A stretch of 64,000 nucleotides of DNA from an uncultured Oscillospiraceae bacterium (GCA_944387055.1 CALXDL010000011.1:1696-65695), one strand, 5' to 3'; shown: positions 42,194 to 51,559, counted from the stretch's first letter. Notes: a model not told the origin generated them from the letters alone. A program made the numbers and translations.

Positions 42194-42820
42194 TCAGCGG
42201 ATAAAGTTGGTCCGAGCACCACGCTCAGCTTGAGGGACATCGATCCCGGCAGATCTCCCAGCTGCGATGCATTTGAGGAGCCACGCCATATTGGCGGCCA
42301 GGTTCCGCATGGTCTGCAGTCCCTCTGCATCTTGGAGGACCTCCTCCGGGCTGTTCCCGTGGACCATGTTCCAATAGGTGGAGGAGACCACCGGCATTTG
42401 GGCGATGGTGAAGTACTTGTTCAGCACGTCTACGGAAGCCGTAGTACCCGCACGTCTGGCGGAGGCCACGGCAGCTGCGGGCTTGTGGGCGAATGCGGCT
42501 CCGCCGGCGTAGAATGCCCGGTCCAGTACGGAGAGGATGCGGCCGGATGGATGTGCGTAGTAGACCGGAGTGCCGAACACGAAGCCGTCCGCCGTCCTGG
42601 CCTTCTCGATAAGCGAGTTGACGATGTCGTCATCGAAGACGCAGCGGCCTGGCGTCTTCTGGCAGGTCCTGCAGGCGGTGCAGTCCCGGATAGGTCCATT
42701 GCCCAGGAAGAGGATCTCCGTTTGGATCCCTGCGGCTTCCAGACCGCGCGCCACCTCCGCCAGCGCTGTGTAGGTGCAGCCGTTAGGGCGAGAGCTGCCG
42801 TTGAGCAGGAGCACGTTCAT
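42194..42820 (-). CDS. Iron-sulfur flavoprotein (Isf) / flavodoxin family protein
   Basis: NGSSRPNGCT, CTACRTC...C cluster motif, GTPVYY. Confidence 0.9.
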   Translation of the reverse strand: MNVLLLNGSSRPNGCTYTALAEVARGLEAAGIQTEILFLGNGPIRDCTACRTCQKTPGRCVFDDDIVNSLIEKARTADGFVFGTPVYYAHPSGRILSVLDRAFYAGGAAFAHKPAAAVASARRAGTTASVDVLNKYFTIAQMPVVSSTYWNMVHGNSPEEVLQDAEGLQTMRNLAANMAWLLKCIAAGRSAGIDVPQAERGARTNFIR

Positions 42821-42883
42821 GATGAAGACTTCCTTTCTGATCGATATCTCTTATGGTATCATGATGCGGCGGCCGATCCAGTT

Positions 42884-44632
42884 CTAGGCGTCAGAGCCGG
42901 ACACCGTGGGCATCTCCCAACCCCGATGGTCGGTGTGGAGCAGGTGATGGGACCGCTCTCCCAGTGGCGCGCCCAGATACTCGCGATAGAGCGTCTGGAT
43001 ATCCGGATTCCTGTGAGAGAAGCGGATGGGGGAATCGGCGTCCAACTGCCAAAGGCGGTCTCCTCGGGCAGCCGCCCATTCGGCACCCTCGTGGATCGGC
43101 TGGCCACCGCCGCCGGCACAGCCGCCTGGACAGGCCATGACTTCCACGAAGTCATAAGCTGCTTGTCCCTTCTCCAAAGCCTCCATCAAACGCCTGGTAT
43201 TCCCAAGACCGCTGACCACCGCCACACGGATATCTCCAGCGCCTGGGATAGAGAACGTGGCCTCTTTCCAAGGACGGTCACCGCGGATCTGAGCAAAGGC
43301 ATCTGGATCTGGGTCATTCCCGGTCACCAGGTAATAAGCGCTGCGCAAAGCTGCATCCATGACGCCGCCCGTAGCACCGAAGATCACCGCAGCGCCGCTG
43401 GAAGAGCCCAGCGGTGGATCGAATTCCTCCTCCGGCAGATCCGTTGGGACGATGTGTTCGCTGCGCAGCAGGCGTGCGAGCTCGCGTGTGGTCAGCACGG
43501 CATCCACGTCCGGATCGCCGCAGGCGTCCCTCATCGTGGGCAGTCCACATTCCGATTTTTTGGATACGCAGGGCATGACCGACACCACGAACATGCGGTG
43601 TGGATCGATACCTTTACGCTCGGCGAAGTAACTCTTAGCTATAGCGCCGAACATCTGCTGGGGGGACTTCGCGGTGGAAAGGTTCTCCGTATATGCGGGG
43701 AACTGCCCCTTCAAAAAGCGCACCCAGCCGGGACAGCAGGAAGTGAACATGGGCCAGCGATAGTCCTCTTTATGGGTGAAGCGGTGGAGGAACTCGCTGC
43801 CCTCCTCCATGATCGTGAGGTCGGCGGTGAAATTGGTATCGAACACATGATCGAATCCCACGCGCCGCAGGGCTGCTACCATCCTGCCTGTGGTGGCAAA
43901 GGCGGGGTCCAGACCAAAGGACTCGGCCCAGGCGGTCCGTACGGCCGGCGCGACTTGGATGACGGTGGTGATCTTGGGGTCTGCCAGGGCTCGGTACACG
44001 ACGTTGGTATCGTCTCGGGCAGTGAGGGCGCCGGTGGGGCAATGCGTGATGCACTGTCCGCAGTAAGTGCAGTCTGTGTCCTTCAGCAGCCGGTTGAAGC
44101 TCACGTCCACAGTGGTGCGGGAACCGGTGCCGGCCACGTCCCAAATATGCATATCCTGGATCTTATCACACACCTGGACGCAGCGCATGCATTTGATGCA
44201 TTTCCCGGCCTCCCGGATCACTGGGGCTTCCAGATCCACGACAGACCGTTCCGGCCTTACTGCATAAGGCTGGTAGTGGATGTTCAGATCTGCGGAGATC
44301 TGCTGCAGCTCACAGTTGCCGTTGCGGATGCAAGTGGTACAGCTGGTGTCATGCTGGCTGAGGAGCAGCCGCAGGTTCGTCCGCCGGGCCCGCCGGACCC
44401 GGGGACTGTTGGTGTGGATGACCATGCCTTCCAGCACTTCATTGTCGCAGGCTGTTACCAGACGCTCGATCCCCTCTACCTCCACTACGCACAGGCGGCA
44501 TGCTGCGATCTCGTTGATATCCTTCAAGTAGCAAAGGTGTGGGATGGGGATGCCAACAGCCTGGGCGGCATCCAGGATGGTGGTACCTGCAGCCACAGAG
44601 ATGGGGCGGCTGTCGATGATCGCATTTACCAT
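42884..44632 (-). CDS. hydA: [FeFe]-hydrogenase, group A catalytic subunit
   Basis: H-cluster motifs FTSCCPGW, MPCVSKKSE, EVMACPGGCAGGGGQP; N-terminal 2Fe-2S, His-ligated 4Fe-4S and 2x4Fe-4S. Confidence 0.95.
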   Translation of the reverse strand: MVNAIIDSRPISVAAGTTILDAAQAVGIPIPHLCYLKDINEIAACRLCVVEVEGIERLVTACDNEVLEGMVIHTNSPRVRRARRTNLRLLLSQHDTSCTTCIRNGNCELQQISADLNIHYQPYAVRPERSVVDLEAPVIREAGKCIKCMRCVQVCDKIQDMHIWDVAGTGSRTTVDVSFNRLLKDTDCTYCGQCITHCPTGALTARDDTNVVYRALADPKITTVIQVAPAVRTAWAESFGLDPAFATTGRMVAALRRVGFDHVFDTNFTADLTIMEEGSEFLHRFTHKEDYRWPMFTSCCPGWVRFLKGQFPAYTENLSTAKSPQQMFGAIAKSYFAERKGIDPHRMFVVSVMPCVSKKSECGLPTMRDACGDPDVDAVLTTRELARLLRSEHIVPTDLPEEEFDPPLGSSSGAAVIFGATGGVMDAALRSAYYLVTGNDPDPDAFAQIRGDRPWKEATFSIPGAGDIRVAVVSGLGNTRRLMEALEKGQAAYDFVEVMACPGGCAGGGGQPIHEGAEWAAARGDRLWQLDADSPIRFSHRNPDIQTLYREYLGAPLGERSHHLLHTDHRGWEMPTVSGSDA

Positions 44633-46464
44633 TTTTCCACACGACCTCCTTTGAAAACTCCGTATCCGAAATGGTCACACCGCAGGCAGCGGGAGGATTC
44701 CTGCTGGGCTTCCTCCGCTGTCAGGCCGCATTCGATGCAGGTGAAATCGTGTTTGCGCTCGCCCGGATCCCGTTCGGTAGTATTGACTCTGCCGCGCGGC
44801 TTGAGGTCAGAGAAGCGGGGCGCGGGGACCTGTACATCCGTCGTGATCTCATGGCGGAACCCGAGGTATTCATCGATATTGGCGGCAGCGGCCTTCCCTG
44901 CGGCGATGGCCCGGATGACGGTGGCAGGTCCGGTGACACAGTCACCGCCGGCGAACACGCCCTCTAGATCCGGCAGGCGGGTATCAGAGCCGGCCAACAG
45001 GGTACCGCCCCGCTGGATCACGATGCCACTTTGCTCGAAGCCAAGCGTCTCTACGCCCTGGCCGATGGCCACGATGATGATATCCGCCGGGATACGGCGC
45101 TGTGCCACTTGAGCCGTCATCGGCCTTGGCCGGCCTTGGCTGTCCATCTCTCCGATGATCTGCGGCTGCGTCCAGAGGGCCGTCGCTGTGCCAGATGCGT
45201 CGCTCTCGATACGGACGGGGGCCTGGAGCGTCAGGAGTTCCGCGCCTTCTGCCTCTGCACCTTCGACCTCTTCTGCCAGAGCGGTCATGTCTTCTTTCCG
45301 GCGGCGATAGACACAGGTGACCTTAGCGGCTCCCAGGCGGATGGCACTGCGGGTCACATCCATCGCCACGTTCCCGCCGCCGATGACGACCACTCGCTTT
45401 CCGGAGAGATCCGGCATGTCGCCGTCTCCGATGCCACGCAGCAGCTCCACTGCACTGACCACGTTCCGACTATCCTCCCCTTTGATCCCGGTCTTCTTGT
45501 CGGTATGAGCGCCGATCGAGAGGTATAGGCAGTCGTATCCTGCCTTGAGCTGATCGATCGTGATATCGGTCCCTACGTTCACATGGGTATGGACTTCGAT
45601 CCCCAGGGACAGGATCGATGCAATCTCAGCATCCAAAAGTCTCCGTGGGAAGCGGTAATCTGGGATGCCATAGCGCAGCATCCCACCCAAGGCCCGGCGC
45701 TTTTCATAGACAGTCACCTGATGGCCCATCAGTGCCAAGTAATAGGCGGCAGAGAGGCCGCCGGGACCACCGCCGATGACGGCGACCTTTTTTCCGGTCG
45801 CTGGGGCACAGGAGGGCTGTGGGACGTCCCCTGCCTGGTCCACTGCGTAGCGCTTCAAGGCCCGGATATTCACCGCATCGTCCACCATCCGGCGGCGGCA
45901 GCGGGCCTCACAGGGATGTTCACAGATATAGGCACAAGCCACCGGGAAGGGATTGTCCTTGCGGATGAGGCGTACAGCGTCTGCATAGCGTCCAGCATGG
46001 ACAAGGGAGATGTAACCGGGGATATCCACCCCAGCGGGACAGAGCGCCACGCAGGGAACGGGGTTCTTCAGGCTGCCCAAGCACCGGTGGCGCAGGATGT
46101 GCTCCTCATAATCGTCTCGGAACCCTTGGAGGCCCATCAGCACCAAGCGGGCCGCGTCGATACCGATGGCGCAGTCAGCTGTGTCCACGATGGTCTGCGC
46201 GGTCTCCTCAATCCGATGGAGGATGCGGATATCCGGCTGTCCGTCCAGCACCTCCTGGAGCATGCTGGAAAGTTGGCCCAGGCCGATGCGGCAGGGCACG
46301 CACTTCCCGCAGGTCTGCGCATGGCACAGATTCAAAAAATTCAACGCCATGTCGATGGGACACAGGCCCGGAGGGCTGGAGGCGATCCGGCGTTCTACAT
46401 TGCGGTAGAGCTGATCCACCACCGTTTGGGCCTGGCTGGGGGTCTTGATATCCAGTCTGCTCAT
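44626..46464 (-). CDS. NuoF-like 4Fe-4S domain fused to a GltD-like FAD/NAD(P)H oxidoreductase (hydrogenase partner)
   Basis: QTCGKCVPCRIG...DCAIG; PCVALCP, ICEHPCEARC, IGGGPGG, YGIPDYR, IGGGNVAMD, YRR; overlaps hydA start. Confidence 0.9.
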   Translation of the reverse strand: MSRLDIKTPSQAQTVVDQLYRNVERRIASSPPGLCPIDMALNFLNLCHAQTCGKCVPCRIGLGQLSSMLQEVLDGQPDIRILHRIEETAQTIVDTADCAIGIDAARLVLMGLQGFRDDYEEHILRHRCLGSLKNPVPCVALCPAGVDIPGYISLVHAGRYADAVRLIRKDNPFPVACAYICEHPCEARCRRRMVDDAVNIRALKRYAVDQAGDVPQPSCAPATGKKVAVIGGGPGGLSAAYYLALMGHQVTVYEKRRALGGMLRYGIPDYRFPRRLLDAEIASILSLGIEVHTHVNVGTDITIDQLKAGYDCLYLSIGAHTDKKTGIKGEDSRNVVSAVELLRGIGDGDMPDLSGKRVVVIGGGNVAMDVTRSAIRLGAAKVTCVYRRRKEDMTALAEEVEGAEAEGAELLTLQAPVRIESDASGTATALWTQPQIIGEMDSQGRPRPMTAQVAQRRIPADIIIVAIGQGVETLGFEQSGIVIQRGGTLLAGSDTRLPDLEGVFAGGDCVTGPATVIRAIAAGKAAAANIDEYLGFRHEITTDVQVPAPRFSDLKPRGRVNTTERDPGERKHDFTCIECGLTAEEAQQESSRCLRCDHFGYGVFKGGRVEKW

Positions 46465-46802
46465 AGGTCTCTCACTCCTTTTTTCCTCGGCGATACGCCC
46501 CTCTACTCCTGAGCATACAGGGTTTTCCGCAAAAAAGCAATGAAAGAGCTGAATTTTCAGCTCTTTCATTGCTTTTTTATCAGCTTTTTGTCAGCGGGGA
46601 GACCTGCGAGGACTTCTCTAGAGATAGATCCGGTAGGGCGATCCAGATGATCAGAGAAAGCGAAGCATCGCTGGAGGATATTTTTGGGCAGTCTGGCAAG
46701 GCCGGAAACATTCCGACAAAAAAAGAGTGGACGAGCCTCTATAATGGAGGAAATGGACCGCATACGGGCCGATACGGATGAAGCGGGAGAAGGGGAGTAT
46801 TT

Positions 46803-47108
46803 ATGGAGATCCAAGCAAAAAGTGCAGATCGGAACCTGCTGCTGGAACTGAAGGGAGAACTGGACCATCACGGCACACGGGACGCCCTTCGGGAGATGGA
46901 ACTATCCATCGATGCAGCACTGCCGAAAAAGCTGGTGCTGGACCTGGAAGGCGTGACATTCATGGATAGTTCCGGCATCGCTCTGATCCTCAGAGCGCAG
47001 CAGCGGATGCAGCTTTTGGATGGGAACTTGCTGGTGTGCAACGTGCCCCAGCAGGCACGCAGGGTCCTGGATGCCGCCGGCATCGGCCGGCTGGTCACCA
47101 TACGATGA
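46803..47108 (+). CDS. spoIIAA: Anti-sigmaF antagonist SpoIIAA
   Basis: GELDHH, FMDSSGI (phospho-Ser). Confidence 0.95.
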   Translation: MEIQAKSADRNLLLELKGELDHHGTRDALREMELSIDAALPKKLVLDLEGVTFMDSSGIALILRAQQRMQLLDGNLLVCNVPQQARRVLDAAGIGRLVTIR

Positions 47109-47126
47109 AGAGGAGGCGCTACATAG

Positions 47127-47576
47127 ATGAAGATCAAAGCGAGCAATGGGTTCACATTGGAGTTCCCCAGCCGCAGCAGCAACGAGGGGTTCGCCCGGTC
47201 GGCGGTGGCCTGCTTCGCTGCACAGATGGACCCAACGATCAATGAACTGGAGGATATCAAGACGGCCGTCAGCGAGGCGGTGACCAACGCCATCGTCCAT
47301 GCCTATCCGGACACCATCGGCAGCGTGACGCTCCGGGTCCGGATCTGCCCTGATAATGTCCTGGAGGTGACGGTGAAAGACCGCGGCCGCGGCATCGCGG
47401 ATGTGGACCAGGCCCGCCAACCCATGTTCACCACTGGCGGCGAAGAGCGCAGCGGTATGGGCTTCACCATCATGGAGAGCTTCGTAGACCAATTGGCAGT
47501 CCGATCGACCCTGGGACGGGGCACTACGGTGGTGCTGCGCAAGAAGCTGGCGCCTCGGATAAAAGCGGCGAAATGA
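47127..47576 (+). CDS. spoIIAB: Anti-sigmaF kinase SpoIIAB
   Basis: SEAVTNAIVHAY, ERSGMGFTIME. Confidence 0.96.
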   Translation: MKIKASNGFTLEFPSRSSNEGFARSAVACFAAQMDPTINELEDIKTAVSEAVTNAIVHAYPDTIGSVTLRVRICPDNVLEVTVKDRGRGIADVDQARQPMFTTGGEERSGMGFTIMESFVDQLAVRSTLGRGTTVVLRKKLAPRIKAAK

Positions 47577-48277
47577 GCGCTACACTGGAGCTGCTGCGGG
47601 CAGCCCAGGAGGGAGATCGGGATGCCTGTGAACGGGCGGTCATCGAGAACAATGGCCTGATCTGGAGCGTGGTGCGGCGGTACTACGGGCGCGGAGTGGA
47701 TCCCGATGATCTATACCAACTGGGATGCCTGGGATTCTTGAAGGCGATCCAGGGATTCGACTTCTCCTATGGTACGTGTTTCTCCACTTATGCCGTACCG
47801 AAGATCGCAGGGGAGATCCGGCGCTTCCTTCGAGATGACGGAGCATTAAAAGTGGGACGAGGACTAAGGGAGCAAGCACAGATGCTTTACGGTCTGCGGG
47901 AGCGGCTGCGGCATGAACTGGGCAGAGAACCGGTCCTGAGCGAACTGGCGGAAGCATCTGGCCTGACACCGGAAGAGATCGCACAGGTGGATCTGGCGAC
48001 GGATGCTCCGGAATCTCTCCAGCAGGAGACGGGGGACGGTCTGACTCTGGAGGGGATGCTGGGCACAGAGGCGCCGGAGGAGGGGATGGTGGAACGCATC
48101 GCTCTGCGGGAAGCCATCGACCAACTCCCGGAAAAGGAAAAAATGACGATCCTCCTGCGATATTTCAAAGGACTGACCCAGGAGCAGACCGCCCGGATCC
48201 TGGGCGTATCCCAGGTGCAGGTATCCCGCCTGGAACGCCGGGGACTGGACCGCCTGCGGAAGGACTTTGGGCCTTGA
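47573..48277 (+). CDS. sigF: Sporulation sigma factor sigmaF
   Basis: FSTYAVPKIAGEIRRFLRDDG, SQVQVSRLE; third gene of spoIIA. Confidence 0.93.
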   Translation: MSATLELLRAAQEGDRDACERAVIENNGLIWSVVRRYYGRGVDPDDLYQLGCLGFLKAIQGFDFSYGTCFSTYAVPKIAGEIRRFLRDDGALKVGRGLREQAQMLYGLRERLRHELGREPVLSELAEASGLTPEEIAQVDLATDAPESLQQETGDGLTLEGMLGTEAPEEGMVERIALREAIDQLPEKEKMTILLRYFKGLTQEQTARILGVSQVQVSRLERRGLDRLRKDFGP

Positions 48278-49022
48278 AGGCCTCCTCGCCCTGGAACTCC
48301 GTCATGGTGCTCCAATACCGCATGGGCATATGGGTCCTGCGGCCCTTGGGATCATATCGCTCCTGGATGGCGATGGTATCATAGAACCGCTTCCACAGCA
48401 GACGGTAACGGGCTTCCGCCTCATCCGGCGGTGCCATCTGGAAGCTCTCCAGTGGACGGATGACAGCTTTCCCAGCAGTGTAGAACAGGGCCTCTCGATG
48501 GGTGCGGTCATAGAGGAAGAAGCTCTCATCACGGTAGCGAGCGCAGAAGTGACTGCGCAGGAGCGGAAGCACTCGGTTCTTCGGTTCGATCTCACCTCCC
48601 AGCACGCCGCCCAGTTCTGAAAAGCGGACGAACCCTTTGAGGAGATGGGCCTCGCCATCGAGATGCCCGACCGCTTTGATCACTGGATAGAGCGTCTCAT
48701 CGGAACGATCGCGCAAGAAGCTGGGGCCATCCCGCAAGAGCTTGACTGTCAGCCGATAAAGGCAGAGCTCCTTATCCGTCAGGCAGGTGAGGAATCCCTT
48801 TTGCAGCAGTTTAGCTCCATAAGGAGAGAGCTTTACCACTTTTCGATAGACGCGGCCGGCATGGGAGCGATCCGTCTGGACAGCGCGCACTGCGAACAAT
48901 GTGGGCAGGAAGTCCTCATCGCGGCAGATCGCGGTGAGGACTTCCTTGTTGGCGTAACTCTCGAAGATGCAGCAGAGGAAGCCCTCGAAGCTGCCATCGT
49001 AAGTGTAGATCATCTCGGACAT
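48165..49022 (-). CDS. DUF4130 / TIGR03915-type putative DNA repair protein
   Basis: YTYDGSFEGFLCCIF, EAHLLKGFVRF, HFCARY, MPMRYW; follows the radical SAM gene. Confidence 0.88.
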   Translation of the reverse strand: MSEMIYTYDGSFEGFLCCIFESYANKEVLTAICRDEDFLPTLFAVRAVQTDRSHAGRVYRKVVKLSPYGAKLLQKGFLTCLTDKELCLYRLTVKLLRDGPSFLRDRSDETLYPVIKAVGHLDGEAHLLKGFVRFSELGGVLGGEIEPKNRVLPLLRSHFCARYRDESFFLYDRTHREALFYTAGKAVIRPLESFQMAPPDEAEARYRLLWKRFYDTIAIQERYDPKGRRTHMPMRYWSTMTEFQGEEAFKAQSPSAGGPVPGVPGGIPAPGIRPGSGRSAPGSVL

Positions 49023-49035
49023 GGGGACCATCCTT

Positions 49036-50304
49036 TCACCCTGGGGAGTCGAAGAGGGAGAGTTGTTCCATGGGCGGCTGGGGCAGACTGGGACGCTCCG
49101 CGGCGAGCAGACCGGCCAGCAGGCTCTCCGGTGAGAAGCGAAGGCCTGGCACTGCCCTGCCGGAGGCGGTCAGGAAATACTGCGCGCGCTTCATGACCAC
49201 GCCCAACTTCCGTAGGTCTTCAATCTGGAGCCGTCCCACTCGCCGGGCGGACAGGATCCGACGGGCAGAAGTGACGCCCACACCGGGGACGCGGAGCAGG
49301 GACATATAGTCCGCGGTATTGACCTCTATCGGGAAAAAGCCCAGATGGCTGAGGGCCCAGCTGCACTTGGGATCTACCCGCGGATCGATATCCGGATGCT
49401 CCTCGTCCAGGAGCTCCTCGGCCCGGAAGCCATAGAAGCGCAGCAGCCAGTCCGCCTGATAGAGCCGGTGCTCCCGCAAGAGCGGCGGAGCGACGTCCCG
49501 GGAGGGGAGCAGCGCATGCTCCACCACTGGAATATAGGCGGAATAGAACACGCGTTTGAGATGATACCGGTCATAAAGCCCTTGGGTCAGCCGCAGGATA
49601 TGGAAGTCTGAGTCCGCTGTGGCACCCACGATCAGCTGAGTGCTCTGCCCGGCCGGCGCGAACCTGGGTGCATGCCGGTATTTCACCAATTCTTCCTTGC
49701 TCTGGAGACTGCGGGACTGGATCTGCCGCATAGGCGCCAAGATGGCGCCTTTCGTCTTATCGGGAGCTAATGCGCGCAGACCGGCCTCCGACGGCAGCTC
49801 GATGTTGACACTGATCCGGTCTGCCAAGAGACCCAGCTGTTCCACCAGTTCCGGCGCAGTACCGGGGATGGCCTTGGCATGGATATAGCCGTTGAAGCGG
49901 TATGTCTCGCGGAGGAGACGCAGTGTCCGGATCATCAGCTCTGTGGTGTAGTCAGGGCTGCGGTAGACACCGGAGGAGAGGAAGAGGCCCTCGATATAAT
50001 TGCGCCGGTAGAAGCTGATGGTCAGGTCGGCCAGCTCCTCCGGCGTGAAAAAGGCCCGCTTGGTCTCGTTGCTCCGGCGGTTGACGCAGTATTTGCAGTC
50101 GTAGACGCAGCGATTGGTCAAAAGGACCTTGAGCAGCGACACGCAGCGGCCGTCCGCGGAAAAAGAATGGCAGCATCCAGCCACGGAAGAAGAGGTGTTG
50201 CCGATATAGCCTTTTCGGGACGTCCGGTCACCTCCGCTGGAGGTGCAGGCCGCATCATATTTGGCCGCGTCCGTCAGGATGGTCAGTTTTTCCAGGACAT
50301 CCAT
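49036..50304 (-). CDS. Putative DNA modification/repair radical SAM protein (TIGR03916-type)
   Basis: AAKYDAACTSSG, CVYDCKYC, FAPAGQSTQ, REHRLYQADWLLRFYGF, HhH LLRVPGVG, C-terminal QLSLF. Confidence 0.93.
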   Translation of the reverse strand: MDVLEKLTILTDAAKYDAACTSSGGDRTSRKGYIGNTSSSVAGCCHSFSADGRCVSLLKVLLTNRCVYDCKYCVNRRSNETKRAFFTPEELADLTISFYRRNYIEGLFLSSGVYRSPDYTTELMIRTLRLLRETYRFNGYIHAKAIPGTAPELVEQLGLLADRISVNIELPSEAGLRALAPDKTKGAILAPMRQIQSRSLQSKEELVKYRHAPRFAPAGQSTQLIVGATADSDFHILRLTQGLYDRYHLKRVFYSAYIPVVEHALLPSRDVAPPLLREHRLYQADWLLRFYGFRAEELLDEEHPDIDPRVDPKCSWALSHLGFFPIEVNTADYMSLLRVPGVGVTSARRILSARRVGRLQIEDLRKLGVVMKRAQYFLTASGRAVPGLRFSPESLLAGLLAAERPSLPQPPMEQLSLFDSPG

Positions 50305-50312
50305 AAAAACGT

Positions 50313-50438
50313 TCAGCGCGCAGCTGTACGGCGGTGGTGCCGCTTGGCAGGGCGCTCGATATAGTCGATGACGCGGAAGAGCTGAGTGGTCAGGAAGACC
50401 ACGCCCACCAGGATGAAAAAGAATGTCCAACCGCTCAT
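50313..50438 (-). CDS. 41-aa single-TM peptide with basic tail, first gene of the SOS-boxed operon
   Basis: MSGWTFFFILVGVVFLTTQLFRVIDYIERPAKRHHRRTAAR; RBS AAGGAGG; stop 8 nt before the radical SAM start. Confidence 0.7.
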   Translation of the reverse strand: MSGWTFFFILVGVVFLTTQLFRVIDYIERPAKRHHRRTAAR

Positions 50439-50455
50439 TGTATCTTCCTCCTTAT

Positions 50456-50504
50456 CGAACTTTTGTTCTATACACATTCTAACTCGAACAAATGTTCTCG
50501 TCAA
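50456..50504 (-). promoter_or_regulatory. sigmaA promoter with two Firmicutes LexA (SOS/Cheo) boxes
   Basis: GAAC-TTTT-GTTC (50457-50468) and GAAC-AAAT-GTTC (50486-50497); minus-strand TTGACG -17- TAGAAT brackets the second box. Confidence 0.88.
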
Positions 50505-50657
50505 GTGGCGATCAGACAAAAATGCAAAAAAGTGCGGCTCGGAGAAGAACGCGATGGGTGGTTCCTCCGGATCTGGCCGCCGGCTAGCTGTTCCGATGGG
50601 AGACGTGGAGGAGAAGAAGCGCTGCGAGGTCCAGGCATGAGCGGTGGGAATAAGATC

Positions 50658-50705
50658 GAGGGCCGTCGTTCCCGAGGCACACGTGTCTCGGGAACGACGG
50701 CCCTC
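50658..50705. terminator. Long GC-rich hairpin
   Basis: GAGGGCCGTCGTTCCCGAGGCAC...GTGTCTCGGGAACGACGGCCCTC. Confidence 0.55.
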
Positions 50706-50872
50706 TTGATAGAAAGAGGAGCGTTCCTGCAAGAAACTGATCAGGTGCGGACGACCGGTCAAGTCCGGCAGATGCTGTGATCATGGCTCGTCTTGTCATC
50801 CGCGCGGGATGGAGGGCGATTCCTTTCCTTCACGCTGGAAGGCCACTGCCGCGCAGCGCTCCATCACGTCGG

Positions 50873-51559
50873 TCAATGCGATTCGATGTATGCGTCCAAT
50901 GTATCATGCCATTTTTTGATATCACATCCCTGCGGATCGGTCGATCTGTCCAGAAGGAGATCGGTCAAGTGGCAAGGGGTCTTTCCGCCGATGGACAAGG
51001 CTTTGATACACGACACACAATACACGACGACGTGTTCGCACGGCATACTGGCAGCCCGCCGCTTCATTGCACTGCGGACCGCTTCGATATCGCACTTTGG
51101 ATATAAGCTGTCTCCGCAGCAGATCGAATCCACGCCGCTCTTTTCTGCCTCAATCACGGTCATGTTCATTTTTTGCAGGAGATCCCGGACTGCTTTGTGG
51201 ATGGCGGGCATATCCCGTACAGGACAAGGGTCATGGATGCTGACTTCCATCCCACGATGATCTGGGAATGGAAAATCATCTGACCCGCTGATGACCTGCC
51301 ACAAAGAAATGGTGGAGATCCCATCATAGAGGGTCCGGAAGCGCCTATCACATCCGGCACAGACATTGATCACGAGGGAGCCCTTCGGCAGCTTGGGATT
51401 ATGGCGGCAGCAGATATCGTGCATCTGGATATGAGGATACCTATCCTGCAGATATGCAAAGAGCTTTTCTACGTTCTCTGGACGATATAGGCGCAATGCG
51501 CACCCGGGGTTAAAATATAGAGCTGTCGTATCTTTTGCAAACATAGTCTTCACGTCCAC
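50873..51559 (-). CDS. CCG-domain (Fe-S)-binding protein
   Basis: FNPGC, ICC, CAGC, HDPCP, CCG, YCVSC. Confidence 0.85.
   Translation of the reverse strand: MDVKTMFAKDTTALYFNPGCALRLYRPENVEKLFAYLQDRYPHIQMHDICCRHNPKLPKGSLVINVCAGCDRRFRTLYDGISTISLWQVISGSDDFPFPDHRGMEVSIHDPCPVRDMPAIHKAVRDLLQKMNMTVIEAEKSGVDSICCGDSLYPKCDIEAVRSAMKRRAASMPCEHVVVYCVSCIKALSIGGKTPCHLTDLLLDRSTDPQGCDIKKWHDTLDAYIESH

Noticed and set aside
42029-45112. 1027-aa plus-strand ORF and other long antisense ORFs (e.g. 26295-28721, 11634-13607, 37876-39429)
   Set aside because: Shadow frames opposite well-supported genes in GC-rich DNA; no RBS or family motifs
46700-46790. Spo0A boxes and sigmaH promoter for spoIIA (and Spo0A boxes at spoIIG, about 35770)
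   Set aside because: Only degenerate matches (TCCGACA, TGCGACT; no GAAT -10), too weak to call
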